A DNA stretch of 48,858 nt from Promethearchaeota archaeon (GTDB taxonomy: Archaea; Asgardarchaeota; Lokiarchaeia; Sigyniarchaeales; SOKP01), in NCBI GenBank assembly GCA_048940445.1, contig JBHLON010000027.1, forward strand, positions 1 to 48,858, given 5' to 3'. The number at the start of each line of letters is the position of its first letter. Within the stretch, counting starts at the first letter, position 1. Positions 20,143 to 29,977 of the stretch are shown in pieces. Under the pieces are notes generated by a model, which was not told where the DNA came from, ran no database searches, and worked only from the letters and a program-made list of their open reading frames with translations. Position numbers and translations under genes: made by a program.

Positions 20143-20316
20143 ATGGAGCATGAAATAAAGTCACCTCCAAATCTGCATATAATTTCTTGTCCATTCTTGA
20201 ATAGTTGTAATCTCCCAAAGTCTCAGAATTTATGCAACTTTCCTGAATATAAAATTTGTCCGGATTATCAAACTAAATTAAATAATTTAAAACGTACTTC
20301 AAAAGTATTACATTAA
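20143..20316 (+). CDS. Unannotated 57-aa four-Cys microprotein
   Basis: MEHEIKSPPNLHIISCPFLNSCNLPKSQNLCNFPEYKICPDYQTKLNNLKRTSKVLH*; SD-like AAGGAGTGAGG upstream; below the ORF-track size cut-off. Confidence 0.65.
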   Translation: MEHEIKSPPNLHIISCPFLNSCNLPKSQNLCNFPEYKICPDYQTKLNNLKRTSKVLH

Positions 20317-20455
20317 TAAAGATTTTATTTGTCTTTAATTAAATTAATAACTTTTGTGTATTTCCTTTAAGTTTATCTTTGATTTCATTAAAAAACAATT
20401 TATAATATTAGTAATATTTTAAGATCTTGATTTTTAATTAGGAAATAATTTAAAA

Positions 20456-21931
20456 GTGTTTAATTTGGATACAAGTTATAATGTAATTGACACCTTTCTT
20501 AATCCTAAGTCTGTAGCAGTTATTGGGGCTTCCAAGAATCCATTAAAAGGAGGACATCGTATTTTAAAAAATCTTGTAGATAATAATTTCAATGGAAAGC
20601 TCTATCCAATCAATATCAATTCAACAGGAAACGTATTAGGGTTAGAATTTAAGAAATCTGTCCTTGATATTGAAGGGGAATTAGATATCGCAATTTTTTA
20701 TGTGCCAAATCAACATATTCCAGGATTATTAGAAGAATGTATAGAAAAAGGCGTAAAAGGAGCAATTATAGAAGCCTCTGGATTTGAAGAAGTTGGAGCA
20801 AAAGGGATTGAATTAAGTGAACAGATTGTTAATATAACTGGAAGCTTTTCTAAGATTCGAATCGTTGGGCCTAATTGCATGGGTCTTACTAGGATTGATG
20901 GAGATAGTGATAGTGAGAAAAAGGGTGGTCTTTTCACCTCATTTTTGGTATTTAATAAATATAAAAGAGGAAATATCGCTGTTATAAGCCAATCGGGAAT
21001 GTTAAATGGAGGATATTTTACTCATATCCAAACAAAGTATCCTTATCTTGGCTTTAGATATATTTGTACTATTGGAAATAAAATGGATTTAAGCGAACTG
21101 GAATTTATGGAATATTTTATAGAAGATGATGAAATAAATGTTATTGCCATATATCTCGAATCTTTTAAAGACCCAAGGAGATTTATTAGCTTATGCAAAA
21201 AAGTAAAAAATTTGCAAAACAAGACTATAATCTTAACTAAAGGAGGAATTACTTCCCAAGGTCAAAAATCAACCTTGAGTCATACAGCTTCCCTTTCAGA
21301 AAACTCTAAACTAATTGAAGCCACGATAAAACAATCAAATATTATTCAAGCCAGAACTTTTTATGACTTATTTGAATTTGCTAGAACTTTTTCATGGATG
21401 TATAATACTAAAAAAATCTTTCCAAAAAAAGGTGGAGTAGCCCAAATCTTTGGATCAGGAGGTGCAGGTACAATCTCTGCAGATCTTACTATGCAATATG
21501 GCCTAAAACTCCCTTTATTTAAAGAGAAGACTTATTCTGTGCTTGTAGATTTATTTCCAAAATGGATGCCACCTAATAAATTCGCATTTGTAGATATTTG
21601 GCCAGCAATGGAACAAGCGATGACAAATGGGGGTAATCCAGGTGATGTAGTAAGGAAGGTTTATAATGCACTTCTAGAAGAACCTGAAATAGAAGGTATT
21701 TTTAACATGCTCTTTTGCTCTAAACAATTTAGAGTCGTAAATGATGTGAACTACTTGATCGATATCGTCTCAACATATCCTAAACCTGTTTTTCTCTTTT
21801 TAGTTGGAGAAAATGATGAAGTTCGCTTAATATCTCACCAATTAAGTAAATATGATATTCCCAGTTTCTCAAACTTAGAAGATATGGTTAAAAATTTTAA
21901 AATTTTACTTAATGATAAAAAAAATGAATGA
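20456..21931 (+). CDS. ADP-forming acyl/acetate-CoA ligase alpha subunit-like (CoA-binding) protein
   Basis: P.SVAVIGAS, GF.E.G, GPNCMG, SQSG, GNKMD, YLES, SHTASL (phospho-His site), SGGAG. Confidence 0.85.
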   Translation: MFNLDTSYNVIDTFLNPKSVAVIGASKNPLKGGHRILKNLVDNNFNGKLYPININSTGNVLGLEFKKSVLDIEGELDIAIFYVPNQHIPGLLEECIEKGVKGAIIEASGFEEVGAKGIELSEQIVNITGSFSKIRIVGPNCMGLTRIDGDSDSEKKGGLFTSFLVFNKYKRGNIAVISQSGMLNGGYFTHIQTKYPYLGFRYICTIGNKMDLSELEFMEYFIEDDEINVIAIYLESFKDPRRFISLCKKVKNLQNKTIILTKGGITSQGQKSTLSHTASLSENSKLIEATIKQSNIIQARTFYDLFEFARTFSWMYNTKKIFPKKGGVAQIFGSGGAGTISADLTMQYGLKLPLFKEKTYSVLVDLFPKWMPPNKFAFVDIWPAMEQAMTNGGNPGDVVRKVYNALLEEPEIEGIFNMLFCSKQFRVVNDVNYLIDIVSTYPKPVFLFLVGENDEVRLISHQLSKYDIPSFSNLEDMVKNFKILLNDKKNE

Positions 21932-21962
21932 AAATTAACTACTTTCTTTAATATAGAGTAAA

Positions 21963-22169
21963 TCAAGATCTTTTTTTACCAATTGAGTATCCTATAATAA
22001 CCAAGATAAAGACCACAAATTGTAGAATCAAAGCAGGACCTATAGAGGTGTTCCCCCAAAAATTACCATAACCTGTAAATCTACTAAAGATTTCAAACGC
22101 CCACAATTTGGACATACATTCCAATCTTCTTCGACTGAACTTCCGCAACTATTACAAAATTTCGCCCAA
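21963..22169 (-). pseudogene. Probable degraded zinc-ribbon + TM protein gene
   Basis: One frame (22165-22040) reads AKFCNSCGSSVEEDWNVCPNCGRLK with no in-frame canonical start; a different frame carries a TM + basic tail (ALILQFVVFILVIIGYSIGKKRS*). Confidence 0.5.
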
Positions 22170-22407
22170 GTAGATATTCGATTTTACATTATATAAATAT
22201 TTTTTGTTATTCACCTTTAGATTTTTTTTAAATTCTAATCTCTTCAAGTTTGATATAATAAAGCAGAATAAAGGCGTCTTACAATTATTACTAACTTTAA
22301 TAATATCAAATGTAATATTCGGAATAATCGGATTTTATTTAAATAATTTTAAATGTATTTCTTTTTAATTAAATAATTATTTTAACAAAACTTGGAGAAA
22401 AATAAAT

Positions 22408-24171
22408 ATGTATCATCTAGACGGTACAGATGTTTTAAACGCTAAATACTACAGAAAAACATTCAGTGTATGTCCAGAATGCTTAGAACGAATCCCTGCT
22501 GAGGTATACGAAGATGAAAATGAAGAGATATGGATGAAAAAAAATTGCCCTGAACACGGAGATTTTAAAGATAAAATTAGTTCATCTGCAAAATATTATA
22601 AGTGGACCCATCATGCAATGCGTGATAAGGATGGAAATATAATTTGGCAATTCGATAAAAATGGTGAAGCTAATCCTCCTGATTGCGCTCCAGAAGATCC
22701 ACGTGGTTGTCCTTATAATTGTGGGATTTGCCCTGAGCATTTATCTACTTGCTCATTAGCTTTAATAGACTTGACTAATCGATGCAACTTTTCTTGTAAC
22801 TTTTGCTATGCAAATGTTGAGAAAGCAGGATATTTAATAGAACCCACATTAGAAGAAATCGAACGAATAATGGATCACTTTAGAAGTAAACCAATCCCTG
22901 CTGTTGCTATTATGTTTACTGGAGGAGAACCAACTGTAAGAAAAGATTTTCCTGAAATTTGCAAGATGGCTAAGGATAAGGGATTTAAAGAGGTCATCGT
23001 AGCTACAAACGGTTATGGATTCCAACGTAAGAAAGGTGGACTAGAATTTACTAAAAAGTGTTGGGAAATGGGTTTAGATACCTTATATTTCCAATTTGAC
23101 GGAATTAATGATATCACTTATGAAAAAACCCGTGGAATTAAAAATCTTATGGCATATAAACAAAGAGTTATCGATAACTGTCGAGAAGCAGGTCTTAGCT
23201 CCGTCGTTTTAGTAGCTACAATTGCTAAGGGTGTTACTGATATTGAGATTGGGAACATTATACAATATGCAATCGATAATATTGATGTGGTAAGAGGTAT
23301 AACCTTTCAACCAGTTTCACTGTGTGGACGGATTACAGCTGAAGAGATGGATGATCTTCGAATAACAAATGCGGATGTCTTAAAAGCAATCGAGGAACAA
23401 ACTGGTGGAAAGCTCAGTATGGAAAATGCATGGTATCCGTTAACAACTATTGTAGAATTCGGCAGACTTGTCGCATACTTAGCTGATGTAGAACCTATTG
23501 AATTCACATGTCATCCTGACTGTGGATTTGCGACGTATCTTTCAGTAGATCCTGAGACTGGAACAATGGTTCCCATAATGGATTACTTTGATCCATTGAA
23601 AGTTATTGATTTTGCTAATAGATTCTGGGAAAAGGTAAAACATAAAGAAAAAGAGCAAATCAAATTCTTTGAAAACTTTCTTGGTGACTTTGGGAAAACG
23701 CTAGATAAAGGACTCAATTTTCTGGATAAACAGCAGCTTCGAGCGAGGTTTTTACTTGGCATATTACAATACATGAAGAAACCTGGAAAACTTATGGAAA
23801 TGTTTGGTAGATTGATAATGAATGGAGATTGGGAGAGTATCAGCTCGTTCAGTCATGGAACACTTTTGCTATCAAGTATGCACTTCCAAGATGCATATAA
23901 TATGGATCTTGAAAGAACAAAAAGATGTATTGTGCATTTTGGAGTAGCTATGCCTGATGAAACGGTAAAGGAAATTTCATTTTGCACTATGAATACAATA
24001 CATCGTCCCAATATAGAAAAACAAGTTGCTAAAAAGGTGACCCAAAAAGTTAGAGACGAATTTGACACTTCAGTCGGTCAAGCTCGAGAAGATATTGGAC
24101 AGAAAATAGAGCCCGAAGTCGCTCAAAACGGTGGTATTGATATAAACGATCTTAAAGAGGAGGATAAGTAG
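22408..24171 (+). CDS. tes: Radical SAM tetraether lipid synthase (Tes / GDGT-MAS, MJ0619-like)
   Basis: N-terminal CPEC...CPEHG, GCPYNCGICPEH, TNRCNFSCNFC, FTGGEPT, HPDCG, MHFQDAYNMDLER..RC, FC.MN motifs. Confidence 0.8.
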   Translation: MYHLDGTDVLNAKYYRKTFSVCPECLERIPAEVYEDENEEIWMKKNCPEHGDFKDKISSSAKYYKWTHHAMRDKDGNIIWQFDKNGEANPPDCAPEDPRGCPYNCGICPEHLSTCSLALIDLTNRCNFSCNFCYANVEKAGYLIEPTLEEIERIMDHFRSKPIPAVAIMFTGGEPTVRKDFPEICKMAKDKGFKEVIVATNGYGFQRKKGGLEFTKKCWEMGLDTLYFQFDGINDITYEKTRGIKNLMAYKQRVIDNCREAGLSSVVLVATIAKGVTDIEIGNIIQYAIDNIDVVRGITFQPVSLCGRITAEEMDDLRITNADVLKAIEEQTGGKLSMENAWYPLTTIVEFGRLVAYLADVEPIEFTCHPDCGFATYLSVDPETGTMVPIMDYFDPLKVIDFANRFWEKVKHKEKEQIKFFENFLGDFGKTLDKGLNFLDKQQLRARFLLGILQYMKKPGKLMEMFGRLIMNGDWESISSFSHGTLLLSSMHFQDAYNMDLERTKRCIVHFGVAMPDETVKEISFCTMNTIHRPNIEKQVAKKVTQKVRDEFDTSVGQAREDIGQKIEPEVAQNGGIDINDLKEEDK

Positions 24172-24459
24172 ATGTCAGAAGAACTAATAGAAACAAAAGA
24201 TGGGCTGAAACTTCGTAAATTAACTGAGTTAAAGACCTCAACAGCCAAAGAATATGAAGATGCGATGCTAAATCGAGTAGATTATTTTAAGAAGAAAAAC
24301 GAAGAAAAAAGCGGGTTTAACAGTATTTTGCAGAACTCATTTTTTAAAGCTTTTAGTTCTGCTTTAGATCTTAAGGTAAACATAGATAAAGCAATTGGAG
24401 AGGAAAATTTGAAAAAAATTCATGAAGTAATAGATAACATCCTCTTGTTTGGTTTATAA
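24172..24459 (+). CDS. Hypothetical protein, translationally coupled to tes
   Basis: ATG directly follows the TAG of tes; GAGGAGG upstream. Confidence 0.75.
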   Translation: MSEELIETKDGLKLRKLTELKTSTAKEYEDAMLNRVDYFKKKNEEKSGFNSILQNSFFKAFSSALDLKVNIDKAIGEENLKKIHEVIDNILLFGL

Positions 24460-24596
24460 ATTATTTTTTGACACTTTTTTTATTTTATTTTGATTTTCCT
24501 TTTATTTCATAATGGAATATTATTAATTTCATAGATAAAATAATTTCTTAATAGGATAAACATCTCATTTTATTGATTCCCTAGAGATATGTTAAC

Positions 24597-25106
24597 ATGT
24601 CAATAAAAATTGTATTATATGGAGATTTAAAACCTAATGATGAGAGAGCTGCTAATAGAGGCAGCAAACCTTTATTAATCAATATTAAAAATAGTGGAAT
24701 AAACATAATCTATGATATCTTTGAAAAACTTGGTATTAAAGAGGATGAAATAAGTCATATATTTGTAAATCATAAATATTGTGGTCCTGGAATAGAACTT
24801 AAAGAGGGAGATAGAGTTGCGTTATTTCCAAGAAGAATGGCTATAATGTTTGAAGAAATCCTTCACTCAAACTCAATTGAGATCACAGTTAAATTTTCTA
24901 ATAAGTTAAGAAAAAATCAACAAAAAGTATATTTAGTAAATGTTCCCATAGGGAGCAATATAATTAATGTTCTAAAAAAGTTTAATGTTAATTTTAGTAA
25001 CGACAATCTTAAGGTATTGGTAAATGAGTTTCCCTGCAATGATCCTAGATGTATTTTACACGAAAATGATGTTGTTAGAATCGCCTCATCTTCAGTTTTA
25101 ACTTAA
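24597..25106 (+). CDS. Tandem MoaD/ThiS-like beta-grasp domain protein lacking C-terminal GG
   Basis: Two I.(I/V)...//(F/L)VN......L.E.D.V modules; ends ...IASSSVLT. Confidence 0.7.
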   Translation: MSIKIVLYGDLKPNDERAANRGSKPLLINIKNSGINIIYDIFEKLGIKEDEISHIFVNHKYCGPGIELKEGDRVALFPRRMAIMFEEILHSNSIEITVKFSNKLRKNQQKVYLVNVPIGSNIINVLKKFNVNFSNDNLKVLVNEFPCNDPRCILHENDVVRIASSSVLT

Positions 25107-25150
25107 ATTACCAAAATCTATTTTTAAAATAATATTTTAAATTAGATATT

Positions 25151-26233
25151 ATGGTAACTAATTTCTTCACCTTACCAGTTACGATCCTTTTTATAGTAAA
25201 TGGATTTCTTCAATTATATTATGCTATAAGGTTAAGAAAGAAATTTTCTCACAAACACAATTTTCAAAATTCAATTTTGGTATTTTTTTTATGGATTCTT
25301 GCCGGAGTGGTATATCCTTTTTTCTATGTAAGAGATAATTTCCATATACGGTGGTTTCAGGCTTTATCAATGCAAATTATCTGTATGTACGCACCACTTC
25401 TTATTTTTGGGATACTATTTTACCAGTATCAATTTGTGTTAAAAAGGAATCTAGCAATAAGGTTGGAGAGAACAATTGAAACCTTTCAGAAAAAAATGAT
25501 TTCATTATACAACGAGAAAGCAAATAAGAAAAACTATCCCTTAATCACCGATTTGCATAGAAAGGCTTTTCATTTGATACCAGCAGTGGTTATAATTTTT
25601 TTATGGTTTTTTGCAATTTATATTTGGGATGGAATTTGGCATGCTAATCTTTTTTGGGGGATATCTGGTAAGGAATATGGAATCTTTTTGATTTTAACGG
25701 TAGGATATACAGGTATAATTATATTTGCAGCATTAGATTATGTCAGATTATCCTATATATTTAAAAGTAAAAGTATTTATCATTTAATGCCAAAATCCGT
25801 TTCAGATCTTTTGGTAAAAACGTTAAAACCAAATGAAATTTACGAATTCACTAAGCCAGTTGCTTTAGTGCTGTCATTTGTTCCAATTTTTTTCTTACCC
25901 GCAAGTATTTTTTCAGCAACGGCTCTTGTTTCCACTTTGGGAGATGCAGCGGCGTCTATTTTTGGAATATGTTTTGGTAAAAAAAATTTCCCTAAATCTA
26001 GTAAAAAGACAATAATTGGGTATGTTGCAGGCTTTTGTTCTTCATTTATATGCGGATTTCTTGTGTTATGGATATTTGAATCACACTTTCCCTTAATAAA
26101 AGTAATAATTATCTCTCTTAGTGGAGCAATAGTGTTCTTAATAATAGATTTAATAAGTTTAAAAGTTGATGATAATATTTTAAATCCAATATTTTGTGGA
26201 TTAGTTATGTATCTTCTCTATATATATATTTAA
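25151..26233 (+). CDS. SEC59/DGK1/VTE5-family CTP-dependent polyprenol/diacylglycerol kinase-like membrane protein
   Basis: RK.FH, GDAAASIFG..FGK.......KKT..G, DDN..P motifs; multiple TM segments. Confidence 0.8.
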   Translation: MVTNFFTLPVTILFIVNGFLQLYYAIRLRKKFSHKHNFQNSILVFFLWILAGVVYPFFYVRDNFHIRWFQALSMQIICMYAPLLIFGILFYQYQFVLKRNLAIRLERTIETFQKKMISLYNEKANKKNYPLITDLHRKAFHLIPAVVIIFLWFFAIYIWDGIWHANLFWGISGKEYGIFLILTVGYTGIIIFAALDYVRLSYIFKSKSIYHLMPKSVSDLLVKTLKPNEIYEFTKPVALVLSFVPIFFLPASIFSATALVSTLGDAAASIFGICFGKKNFPKSSKKTIIGYVAGFCSSFICGFLVLWIFESHFPLIKVIIISLSGAIVFLIIDLISLKVDDNILNPIFCGLVMYLLYIYI

Positions 26234-29157
26234 AGAAAAGCATCAATCCTTTTAATGCCACGTATTTCATCATAGGTGATTCCAAGAGCATCTAAAACTT
26301 GTTCTAAAGCTGATTGTAAACGTTCTTTATATTTCTTTGAATCAATATCCTGAAGATTTGCTATTTGTTTTGCTTTAGCACCCACATTTCCTCTGGTAAG
26401 TACAATACTGATTGTCTCTCCTTTTTGATATTTTTTTCCCGTAATTTTCTCTACTTCTAAAGCTGCTTTTACGTGTTGAGGAACTACTTTTATATATTTA
26501 TCTAAAGGTTTTTGTAATGTCATATTTATTGCATAATCGTCCAAGGTAAAAGTTCCGGATTTACCAATTTTTTTTAAGTCTTCTCTGACATTTTTTATTA
26601 TTTCCTCTCGAGCTTGTTTGAATTCTTCTTTAGTGGTAACATGTTTAAGAATTTCTAGTAATTCATTAAACACTTTTTTAATAAATTCTGGTGTATTTCT
26701 CTTCTTCGCAACTAATCCCTTTACATCGATATATTTTGTATCTTTATAAATCCCTAAATAATTTTTCTTCCTTTGAGAAAGAGCTAAAAATTGATAAGTC
26801 TTTTCTTCCTCTAAGTCTAAATCAAGTTCCTTCTTGCTCCATTCGGAGATCTCCTTCATTTGTTGTTTTGTAGGATTTAATAGAAAAACAGAGTCGGTAT
26901 CTCCATACAAAACTTTAACTCCAAGTTCTTCAGCTTTTTTGATTGTTTGTTTAATAGAATATTGTCCTATACCAGTAGTGCTTTCAGCTACGGGTAAACA
27001 AAATAAAGGAAAGTTTTGACTTCCAAATACCCCATATGATCCATTTATAAAAACTTTAAGTGCTTGTTGAATTGTTTGATAATAGTCTCTCTGTTTTTTA
27101 GATAAGTTTTTATCTCCTGATTTTGGTTTGAAGTATTTTACTCGAATGTCACGGAAAAATCCAACTACGTAGGCAAATATCCCTTTTTTATGAGTACATA
27201 TATGATAGGGGGTTCCTTTAACAAGATTATCTTCATCATCTTTATGAGGACATAATACAGTTTCATATGATAAATTATATTCTTTAATTATTGAGGGATA
27301 TAGCGAAGCAAAATCCATTACCACTACATTAAAGTGAATTCCAGGGGTAGGTTCGACCACATAAGCGCCTAGGAATTTATCATCATCGAATTTAGACATT
27401 AGTGACCCTCCTTTCTTAGATTCAGAAATTTCAGATCTTCTTGGAATAAGAAATCCTTTTCTTCTATGTTCAAAGTAGAAAATATTTTGTATCCAAGTCG
27501 AAATCTGGCGGCGAACCATTTCATGGATGGGCATTTTTGTTATCCTGCATAACAGAATTATTAAATTCCAGACCAAAGAATTATTAAACTGGGTTAATTC
27601 CATAGTTAAAATCGAATCTTTAAGATTATACCAAGAGAGGATATCATATTCCATTTCATAGATTTCTTCTTCATGTTCATATTTTTTCCTGCCTAATAAT
27701 GCTGCACTTATAGCATTAAGGGAAGCGTTTTCATATGCGCCTCCAAATGCATATCCCGAAATACTTCGGTTAAAGAAAAAATTGAATAAATCAATGTGAA
27801 TACCTTTTCTTAAATCGCAATCTGATTGTGATAACAGTCCAAATCCTCTTTTTACATGAATGGGATTTATACTTCTTTTTATTTTTAATTTATTCGCTCG
27901 ATGAAACATATAATTTAAATCAAAATTATCTCCGTTAAATGTTATAATAATTGGGTATTCCCATAAGATTCTAAAAGTTTCTTTTAATAATTCTTTTTCA
28001 TCTTTAAAATAGGCAATCTTAGCATCAGTTGGAAATTCCTTATGAACTTTACGATATGAAAAACCTTCCCGTTCTAAAACATATACTAATTTTAAACCAT
28101 CATTTGAAACGAATGAAATACTGATAATTGCTTGATTTGCAAGTTGAGGATCAGGTATAACAATATCTTCCGGTCCCAAGCTCACTTCAATGTCCATCGC
28201 TAGACGCTTAACATCTGGTATTGGAGTAAGAAAAATATCTAAAAATCGATCTGAAAATTCTTGAATTTCTGGGGACTCATCTTTAAATAAGTTACGTAAT
28301 TCTTTAGCCATCTTCTCAGATTCTACTGAATCTTTTTCAAAACTCACTCTTTCTAAATTACCATCTTTTATTTTATATATTAATCCAGGAATCAATTGAG
28401 TATCAAAAATATAGTTTAAATGATATCTAATATCTGCTTCCCATGCTTTAATTTCATTTTTTCCTAAAATATTTTTTATATTCAATCCAGAACCACCAAT
28501 ATTGGTGGGGGTTTTACCATATAACTTAATCATCCTTATCATTTCATCATTAATCAAATCATAACGTTCAATCTCCTCAAATCTCTTGAATCCGTCATAT
28601 TCGGTCAGCTTTTTCTCAATAACATGTTCATTAACCTTCTCATCATAGGAAATATTCTTTAGGGTTGAAATTGATTCTTTGCTTAAACAGTACGGTTCAT
28701 GTCCAGTTGTGTCTATCCAAATTTTTATATCATCAGAATCCAAATCATAAAATTTACAATAAGCCTTATTTTGGCCACCATCATAATCAACATCAAGCAA
28801 TAAACCCCTTTCTAAGTTCGATACTATCTCTCCTTTTTCAATCAAATAACGTATATATTTAGAGGTCATTGATTCACGTAAAACTTTTTTTAACTTTATT
28901 CCACCGACCTGGAGGCCAATTGGTTCATCATTTGTTTCAAAAAACAAGTCTTCTGGAATTTCCTTTATTTTTGGTTCCTCAACTATAGTATCTTCAGAAT
29001 TAATACTCCGTTCTTCTTTCAAGGGAGTTATTTTAGGGAGCTTTTTAGAAGCATTCTTTTTTTTGTGTTTATTCTCTACGAAGGAAAAGAGAGATTTTTG
29101 ATTTTTATCTTCCTTCTTGTTAGATTTTTTTGGACTAGGCAATTTGATTACCATCAA
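26230..29157 (-). CDS. polB: Family B DNA polymerase (PolB1-type)
   Basis: Exo motifs DIE, FNGDNFD, YNLKD; Pol motifs DFASLYPSII..YNLSYET, K..IN.SYG, YGDTDS, KKNY.G, KG..AKK. Confidence 0.95.
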   Translation of the reverse strand: MMVIKLPSPKKSNKKEDKNQKSLFSFVENKHKKKNASKKLPKITPLKEERSINSEDTIVEEPKIKEIPEDLFFETNDEPIGLQVGGIKLKKVLRESMTSKYIRYLIEKGEIVSNLERGLLLDVDYDGGQNKAYCKFYDLDSDDIKIWIDTTGHEPYCLSKESISTLKNISYDEKVNEHVIEKKLTEYDGFKRFEEIERYDLINDEMIRMIKLYGKTPTNIGGSGLNIKNILGKNEIKAWEADIRYHLNYIFDTQLIPGLIYKIKDGNLERVSFEKDSVESEKMAKELRNLFKDESPEIQEFSDRFLDIFLTPIPDVKRLAMDIEVSLGPEDIVIPDPQLANQAIISISFVSNDGLKLVYVLEREGFSYRKVHKEFPTDAKIAYFKDEKELLKETFRILWEYPIIITFNGDNFDLNYMFHRANKLKIKRSINPIHVKRGFGLLSQSDCDLRKGIHIDLFNFFFNRSISGYAFGGAYENASLNAISAALLGRKKYEHEEEIYEMEYDILSWYNLKDSILTMELTQFNNSLVWNLIILLCRITKMPIHEMVRRQISTWIQNIFYFEHRRKGFLIPRRSEISESKKGGSLMSKFDDDKFLGAYVVEPTPGIHFNVVVMDFASLYPSIIKEYNLSYETVLCPHKDDEDNLVKGTPYHICTHKKGIFAYVVGFFRDIRVKYFKPKSGDKNLSKKQRDYYQTIQQALKVFINGSYGVFGSQNFPLFCLPVAESTTGIGQYSIKQTIKKAEELGVKVLYGDTDSVFLLNPTKQQMKEISEWSKKELDLDLEEEKTYQFLALSQRKKNYLGIYKDTKYIDVKGLVAKKRNTPEFIKKVFNELLEILKHVTTKEEFKQAREEIIKNVREDLKKIGKSGTFTLDDYAINMTLQKPLDKYIKVVPQHVKAALEVEKITGKKYQKGETISIVLTRGNVGAKAKQIANLQDIDSKKYKERLQSALEQVLDALGITYDEIRGIKRIDAFL

Positions 29158-29300
29158 AGGTTTAATTTAGTTTATTATGTATTAATATTCTAATCTTAAT
29201 TATAATCTCAACTATTTTTGATTTAATAATCTTATAAAAGAAGAGGGAATAACATACTTTTAGCTAGCTAGCATTATTTAAAGAAAGAATAACATAAAAA

Positions 29301-29660
29301 CTAATGATGTATTCTATTTCTTTGAATGAGTTTTTTTATCTCTTCTAATAGAAGTTGTTTTTCAGCAATAAACCAATGCAATTTAGATTTCTCCGGGTGC
29401 TCTTTGTAAATCATTTTAGCAAGCTCCTTGATTTCCTCATTTTGGGGCTTGATAATTTCTCCATTTACATCTTCTCTTATCAATAATACTAAATTATCAG
29501 TTTCAAGGGGTTCAACATCATATCCATTCTTAATATTCTTATTAATCGTTACACATAATTCTGCTAAATACCACACACTTTTATCATAATCCTCGTCAGA
29601 TTTATACCTCTGATATGCCAATATCTCAACATCCTCTTTAGTAAACAGGTTTTTAAACAA
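29301..29660 (-). CDS. Hypothetical protein with two DUF2934-like helical repeats
   Basis: EDVEILAYQRY...VWYLAE and EEIKELAKMIY...HWFIAE. Confidence 0.6.
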   Translation of the reverse strand: MFKNLFTKEDVEILAYQRYKSDEDYDKSVWYLAELCVTINKNIKNGYDVEPLETDNLVLLIREDVNGEIIKPQNEEIKELAKMIYKEHPEKSKLHWFIAEKQLLLEEIKKLIQRNRIHH

Positions 29661-29799
29661 CTCCTTTATTCATATTATTTTTCAAGGTAATATATTATCA
29701 AAAAAGATAGTTTTACATTTAATTATTTGTATTCATTTTAAAAAGCTCTTAAAACCACAAATTTAAAAATTAATTCATGTTTATTATATTTTATAAAAT

Positions 29800-29871
29800 G
29801 CCTCCGTAGCTTAGCGGTATAGCATTCGACTTGTAATCGAAAGGTCGGGGGTTCAAATCCCCCCGGGGGCT
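29800..29871 (+). tRNA. tRNA-Thr(TGT), intronless, CCA not encoded
   Basis: Acceptor GCCTCCG/CGGGGGC; anticodon arm TTCGA-CT TGT AA-TCGAA; T arm GGGGG-TTCAAAT-CCCCC. Confidence 0.95.
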
Positions 29872-29977
29872 TTCACATGATTACAATCTTAATTCTATGA
29901 TTGTTTTAAATATTTTTTTAAACATCGATATAATTTATCTAGTCATATAGAAGTTAAAGAGGGTATATAAACACAAC

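Noticed and set aside
29800-29871. tRNA as integration site of a genomic island
   Set aside because: I saw no integrase and no duplicate of the tRNA 3' end in the window.
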